From positions 1 to 44,158 of the forward strand of contig JWZX01002829.1 in assembly GCA_001275005.1 (NCBI GenBank): a stretch of DNA of 44,158 nt, read 5' to 3'. The DNA is from Chrysochromulina tobinii. Taxonomy: Eukaryota. Shown piece by piece: positions 38,143 through 44,158 of the stretch (position 1 is the first letter of the stretch; each line of letters begins with the position of its first letter). A model generated the notes under the pieces. The model did not search any database, was not told the origin of the DNA, and worked only from the letters and a program-made list of their open reading frames with translations. The translations under genes were made by a program, and so were the position numbers.

Positions 38143-41100
38143 ATGCCTCCAAGGTCGCCCCTAGGCAGATTCGTGCCGGCCGGTCGTCCTCTACTCGAGG
38201 AGGCCGATCGCATGGTAGCGGTGGATGATCTCGATCCTCCTGAAGAAGCAAAAATCAAATCAGAACCAAAGGGGGTGCCGGCAAGTGCACCGCCCACAGA
38301 AGAGCTCGCCGAAGAGGCAGGCGCAAGGGGGACGTCAGCGGACGTGCTTCCAGAAGAAAGGTACGGCGAAGCTGAAGGCATCGCGTACGCTTTCAATCGC
38401 GCGGGATCACTTTTTCGGCGATTTTCTGCAGGGCTGCATATGTTAATGGCAGTCCGATACTACGAGTCTCTGCCGAGAAATTCGGAGGTCATCGAAGAAA
38501 CTTCGGCAAGCGTGCCGGGGCTCGCGCACTCCCATGACCGCGCTCCGGACCTGTACAGTCCGATGGCGGTCGGAAGTGACATCTACGTCCTTCCAGGTGC
38601 AGCGGCGTCGGAACGGGACGGCGCGGCCGAGCGGTCAGCGCGTAGCGCATCTATCGCATCGACCGCGGATGACGTACGCGTAATCATGCTTCAGCAGGAG
38701 CTGCAGCTCAATAAGATGCGAGCCCAAATGGAGCTACAAGCCGCCCGTTTCGAGGAGGAGCTCAAGAGAAGAGACATGCAGTCGACGTTCGACGTGCGTC
38801 AGGCGCAGTCTTCTCGCACAAGCAGAAAAACAAGCAGAGGTGGCAGCTGCAAAACTCCTCGCGGCTCAGCAGATCCAAGACCACATGCAGAATTCCGATC
38901 TGGCCAGCATGCAAGCCATCGCAGATCGTCTCGATCAACCGCGCGAGCCGAGGCAGATCAAGGACATCTACTCGGACGCGATCGTCAAGTGCCCGATAGA
39001 CAAGGGCAAGGACGAAATGCTCGAGTGGGCGATGGCCATGGCGGCTGTGTCCTCGGGCCTGTGCGAATCAGCGTCGGATATGATCGCGAGAGTTCTGGCG
39101 CGCGACGAGACGGTCATCGCGTTCGCATCGGAGCCGATCAACGTGCAGGCCGATCGCTGGCTCGCCCGTCAAATCAACACCTCGATCAAAGAGGACACGG
39201 AGGCGGGAAAGCTGTTCCACAAGGAGGCGCGTCAGGACGCGGTGCTGTGCCGCTCGGGCGTTCGGCTGCTCGACAAGGTGTACAAGACGGTCACCAAGTC
39301 CAACCCGCTCAAACTCGACATGGCCGAGCAGAAAATGGCGACGACGATCTACTTCTCGGGGGGCATGTCGCTCGACCAGACGAAGCTCGCCGCGGCGCTG
39401 TTCAAGAGCGACTATACTCGGAGCTCGGATCGCGTCGTTCGCAAGATGATCTTGCGATTTTTAAGGCCATGCTCAGGGAACTCCCGCCGATGCTGCTCGA
39501 GCCGCAATCGATGGTCGTGAGAGACTTGCTGTGGGAGATGGAGGAGTCTACAATGATCTCTGAGCCCCTCATCACCTTCGATAAGCTCGTCATCAAGATC
39601 GCCATCATGCTCAGGAACGTGCAAGGCGCGGCCAAGAAGGCGGCCAAAGAGGTGAACTCGACGGCGCTCACGTACGCCGGCGCGGCGAAGGGCAAAGGAA
39701 AAGGCAAGGGCGTAGCGAAAGGCGGCGCGCCCGCAAAAGGAAAAGGCGGCAAGGGCGCCCCGGGCAAAGGCCTGGGGGGCAAGGGCGCGACGGGGATGGC
39801 ATGTGCCGTCTGCGGAAAAGCCAACGTGCTCACGAGCGCGTGCACGTGCCCGCCGTGCGTCCGCTGCAAATTCCGATTCTGCCCGGGCGCTCCGGGTGCG
39901 AGGGCCATCACGGGCCTGGGCTGCGTGTTCGACATGCCCAAGTTCCCGGAGCACAAGCTCGTCTTGCAGGCGAACGGCCCGATTCCCAAGCCCCTGTACG
40001 AGAAGGCGGCGCGCGAGTACGCCAAGTGGTGGAACGTGCCGTACGAGGCGAGCGCGACGGAAGCCTCGGCGACCGAGCTCGATGAGGCCGCGATCAGGCT
40101 CGAGGTCGAGAAGGGATTCGCCCTCGAGGGCAGCGTTTGCGAGATGGAGATCTCCTCGACGGAGCGAGGCATCCACACGATCGTGAGAGGCCACCCCGAT
40201 CTCCTCGCGCTGCGCGACGTCATGTACCTCGACGCCCCGAGCAACACGCCAATGCTGCCCGGCTGCGAGACGATTCACCTCGACGACGGCGCGAACGTGA
40301 TGCTCATCGCCACCAAGGGTTTGCTCAAGGCGGCGCACGCTCGAAGCTGGGCGTCGAACGGAGCGATCGCGTCGGTAGCCAAGGGGGCAAAGCTGAGCCT
40401 CGAGGGCGAAGCGTCGCTCACGATGTACCCGCTATGCGCGGGTGGCGCGCACGAGATGCTGCAGCTCCACGGGCACAAGGCCTCGGGAGCGCGGCGCAAC
40501 ATCGTGCCCCCCCAGCTCCTCGCCAAGTCCCTCGGCGCGACGATCAACTACCACTCGACCAAGTACGGCCCGCCGACATACGACATCTCGTTCCCGTCGG
40601 GCGTCGAGTGGCTCGTCCTCGAGTACAACGACCTGTTCTTTGCCTTCGTCACAGTGGGCAGCGACACCCTGATCCCGCGCGACTTGCTCCGGCCCAAGGA
40701 AGCCGCAGGCGAAAGCGAGATCAACGAGGCCGAGGCCAACTCGGCGGGCGCGCTCAGCTGCATCGATCCGAAGGTCTGGGCATCGAGGCTCGCGACCGGC
40801 GTCGTCGGTATCAAAAGTACCATGAAGGCCGTCAAAGGCATGGAGTCCGTGAAGGCGCTGACCAACGCCGACATCCACACCATCGAGCACGATAGGCATC
40901 GCCGGGGGCAGGTGGCCAAGCGCCAGCCCACAAACGTCGAACGCGATCCGAAGGAGCGCATCTTCACGCCCGGTAGCCGCTTCGTCTGCGACGCCTTCAC
41001 ATTCCCGGGCCGCGAGCAGGTCTCGCATATCCCGACCCGCGCGGGAGCAAAGGCGCCGACGTGCTGCATGGTCGCCATCGACGACGCGACGGGATACGTG

Positions 41101-42630
41101 TATGCGAAGACCTCGGACACGCACACGACGGACGACTGGGTCGACTTCTTCTCGCACGTGCACGCAGCCGAGGTGATGTACAACCACAAAATGCTGGCTG
41201 TCAAGCTCGACAGGGCGCCCGAGTTCGACTGCGAGCGTCTCAAACGGCGCGTCGAAAGCGAGATACACGTGCGAGTCCTCATCGGCCCTTCAGGCGAGCA
41301 CGAGTGCGTCGCGCGCGCAGAGCAACTCATGGACACCACGGCGCGGGCAACCGAGGCGATGCTCCAACGGGCGAAGCGCAACCTGGGCGCGGACCCGCGG
41401 CGGTACCAAGCCCTGGCGCACAAGTACGCGCTCTACCTCCACAACCGGCGCCCGGACAAGGAAGGCGAACCCTCGCGCATGCAGCGGCATTGCGGCCGTG
41501 TGCCGGACTTCGGCGACAAGAACGGCATGGTCCCCTACGTCTTCGGCTGTCAGGTCGTCCGGCTGCGCGACGAGAACGAGCGGACCAACTGGAAGGGAGC
41601 AGGCAAGCGCGTAGCCGACGGCGTCTTCGTGGGCATCGAGCACTCGAGCTACATGGTGTACAACACGACGACAAGCAAGCTCACCTTCGAGCCGTTCATT
41701 TGGCCGCTCGACGAGCTCGAGCTGTCGCGCACAGGCATGGCGGCCGGGGCAGCGCAGCACGACGTGGCCTGCCAGATCGAGCTCTCTACGGTCGAGCCGC
41801 TCGTGCTCCTTCCGCCCAAGAGCCCTACGCGAGTGCCGACGCCCAAAGAGCCGGTCGCATCGGTCGACGCCCCCGTCGGAACGCGCGTCAAGGTATTCTG
41901 GCAAGGGGTCAAGGGTCAGCCCGAGCTCGACAAGTGGTACGAGGGCACCGTCGTGTCCATCACCGCGCTCGCCAACGGTCAGCTCCGCCACGTCATCAAG
42001 TACGACGGCTGGCCCGACGAGCACGTGCACGACCTCGTCAACGGTGGAAAGCAGTGGATGCGGCTCAACGCGATCGCGTCCCCTTCGCAGGGCCTCGAGA
42101 AAGGCAACGCGAAAGTTCCGGTGTTTTTACCGGGGGTTCCGGAGCCGTTACCGGCCCCAATCGCGGCCCCCGCGCCGAGTACCGACCAATGGACGACGAT
42201 CGGGAAGGCGGGCAAGGCGGTCAAGCCAACGGGCAAGGCAGCCGCCGTGCCGGCCCAGCCCGCCAAGCCGCCAGTGCGGACGACCCGCCACTCGATCCAA
42301 AACGGCGACATCAGCGTCGCTGAACTCGCCGAGAAGGCGCTCGAGCGCGGGCAGGCGACCCCGAGCATGGCCCAGATCATCGTCGAGCACCTGATGGGGG
42401 ACTTCGCGCCTGACTTGCTGCAAGGCGACACGGTCGATTCCATCCTGGAGCGCGTCGCTGACGTGCCGTACGAGCCGATCCAGTTTTCGTCCGCCGACTC
42501 CATCGACCTCGAAGCCTCGGGGACGCAGATCGAGTACGTCACCGAGGCTGGCACCAAGGCGGTCATGGATCAGCCGAAGGGCTACTCGCAGGTCATGGCC
42601 TCGCCAGATCGCGACGCGTGGCTCGAAGCG
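38143..42630 (+). pseudogene. Copia gag-protease-integrase polyprotein with frameshifts
   Basis: Coiled-coil/helical gag, Cys-rich knuckle (39802-39930), protease-like HLDDGA...RRNIV, integrase core CDAF...AIDDATGY...KLDRAPEF...ARAE...YVFGC...GVFVG, then RT start PKGYSQVMASPDRDAWLEA. The plausible gag frame for 38810-39412 is the alternative ORF. Confidence 0.85.
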
Positions 42631-42635
42631 AGCCG

Positions 42636-43810
42636 ATCTCGATGCCCGAGCTCATCGGCCAGAAGTTCGCGCAGGAGTGTGCCCCGAGCTGATCACGGCG
42701 AAGGCTCGCGACGCGTTCAAGCTCAAGCACGTCAAGGGGGGCAAGCTCAAGTCGCTCGCGGACTCGCTCCAGATGCTGCCGCTCAACCCGTCGGGCAAAG
42801 TGACGCACATCACGAAGGAGGTGCAAACGCTGACGGGCAATCTTCAGTACTTCAAAAAAGTTTCCGCGGGCGAGCTCAACGTCGTCACGCATCGGCTCTC
42901 GTGCGTTCAGGCGAGTGCGCCGCCCGAGGCCGTCATCGTCGCCAAGGCGGCCATGATCATGGCATACGAATCGCGCTTCCGGGGCATCACATACTCTAAG
43001 TGCGACGTCGCCAAGTCTGTGAAGACGCTCGAAGGCTTTCCGCGGGAGCAGGGCATCCATGCGATGGCTGACGCCTCGTGGGGGGAGCGCAACATCTACG
43101 GCATCCTCATCATGATGAACAACGGCGTGATCGTAGCCGAAACCAAGAAGATGGGCCCGGTCGACTCCTCGGCAGAGGCCGAAGGCATCGCCACGTCCAA
43201 GTGCGCCGAGATCCTCGAAAACGTGCGCGAGATCGCCCGCGGCATGGGCATCCTTCCCGACGAGCCGACCGTGATCCGCGGCGACAACCAGTCGAGCGTG
43301 CGCGTCTCCAACGACCCGAAAGCGGCGGGTCGCCTCCGTCACGCCCAACGACGCTTTGCGACCTGCCAAGCCCGCGTAGCTCGAGGCGACGTCATCATCG
43401 TCCACGTCTCGGACGCCAACAACGCGGCGGACTTCCTGACGAAGTGGATCCCGGTGATCAAGCTCAACGCGTCGATCGCGTACGCGTCCAATGCACAAGC
43501 CAAGCTGGACTACGTGACCGCCCCGCGGCTGGCGCCTGCGCTCGAGGCGTCCATGGCCGACTTCGACCCGTACTACAGCGAGACTGAGTCGGACGTCGTC
43601 ACCGAAGAGGGGGACTACGCCGACGCGGGTTGGGTAACTGGCGACGGTCCGGCCATGTGCATGTTCGACTACTTCGACGACTTCGTACGCCACTACCGCA
43701 TCTACGAGACCTCGTTCGAGATGTGGTACGCATGGAATGCGGCGCAGAGCTTCTGCCTCGAGGAGTTCGAGGAGGTCGCCCCCGAAGAGAACAACGACGA
43801 CGTCGGTTGA
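42636..43810 (+). pseudogene. Copia RT C-terminal remnant + RNase H + acidic extension
   Basis: VQTLTGNLQY...ELNVVTHRLS (RT thumb); RNase H ADASWG, SSAEAE, GDNQSS, NAADFLTK. An extra TG at ~42678 shifts the frame. Confidence 0.88.
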
Positions 43811-44080
43811 ACAGGCGTCGCGCCTACCATCATCCTACCTACGGAGATCGTGCACACGGCAACTATATCGAGCTGGCCTCTCGGCCTACGCTCGAAAGCG
43901 GCGCCGGTCACGGGCTTAAATCGTGGGGGGAAACGGTTCCAGGCATCATCGAAAGGGTCAGTTGTGCCCAAGGCACCACCCTTGTGGGGGGTTCGCTGTG
44001 CCCTTAGGCACCGCCCACCACGCACCAATTCGTGCGTTCGTCCCTACCGCTCTGGTCGCTGATCGGAGCGGGCTACCTCC

Positions 44081-44091
44081 AGCGTGGGGGG
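44081..44091 (+). other. Polypurine tract
   Basis: agcgtgggggg immediately precedes the 3' LTR TG. Confidence 0.7.
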
Positions 44092-44158
44092 TGCGAGCGG
44101 GAGAGAGGGGATGACGTCATGCTGACGTCATCGGTGAGGTGTGGGTCCTTTAGGCATG
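44092..44158 (+). repeat. 3' LTR (truncated by the window end)
   Basis: 67/67 identical to 37922-37988. Confidence 0.92.

Larger units (their letters stand above)
37922..44158 (+). mobile_element. Ty1/Copia LTR retrotransposon, internally deleted (no RT core); 3' end runs off the window
   Basis: Direct repeat starting TG at 37922 and 44092, purine tract before the second copy, and domain order gag - protease - integrase - RT remnant - RNase H. Confidence 0.93.

Noticed and set aside
42118..42136. ccggtgtttttaccggggg in Copia pol, similar to the promoter-repeat end
   Set aside because: Short partial match inside coding sequence that lacks the GGAGCCGGGACACAC core.
43905..43945. Anticodon-like stem-loop (gcttaaa) suggesting a tRNA
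   Set aside because: No acceptor stem, D arm or correctly spaced T arm; kept only as part of the 3' UTR structure.

Overview
GC-rich, gene-dense, intron-poor eukaryotic genomic DNA from a unicellular alga or protist. A haptophyte is my best inference, from composition, the probable GC splice donor and Ala/Pro-rich proteins; this is not proven. Host genes, in order: an EF-hand protein with two Utp21-C-like segments; an aquaglyceroporin head-to-head with an MscS-like channel; a 2OG-Fe(II) oxygenase-TPR protein head-to-head with an IQ/Sfi1-like protein; a Cys/Pro-rich single-pass membrane protein; a PI4-kinase with a PH domain; a protein with five EF-hand pairs; an OCRL/INPP5B-type 5-phosphatase; spliced RPL30; an apparently intronless telomerase reverse transcriptase (TERT); and another EF-hand protein. 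The last ~6.2 kb is a Ty1/Copia LTR retrotransposon. Its two LTRs are identical over the visible 67 nt, its RT core is deleted, and it has a Tudor-like domain after the integrase and a hairpin-dense 3' UTR. A related LTR/RNase H relic lies at ~21.7-22.0 kb. Best leads: (1) a TERT with all catalytic aspartates but a degenerate T motif and shortened TEN domain; (2) the Copia integrase Tudor-like domain; (3) a short dispersed repeat found in four gene-upstream regions, once as a perfect 32-bp inverted repeat. All family calls come from motif recognition by eye; no searches were run.
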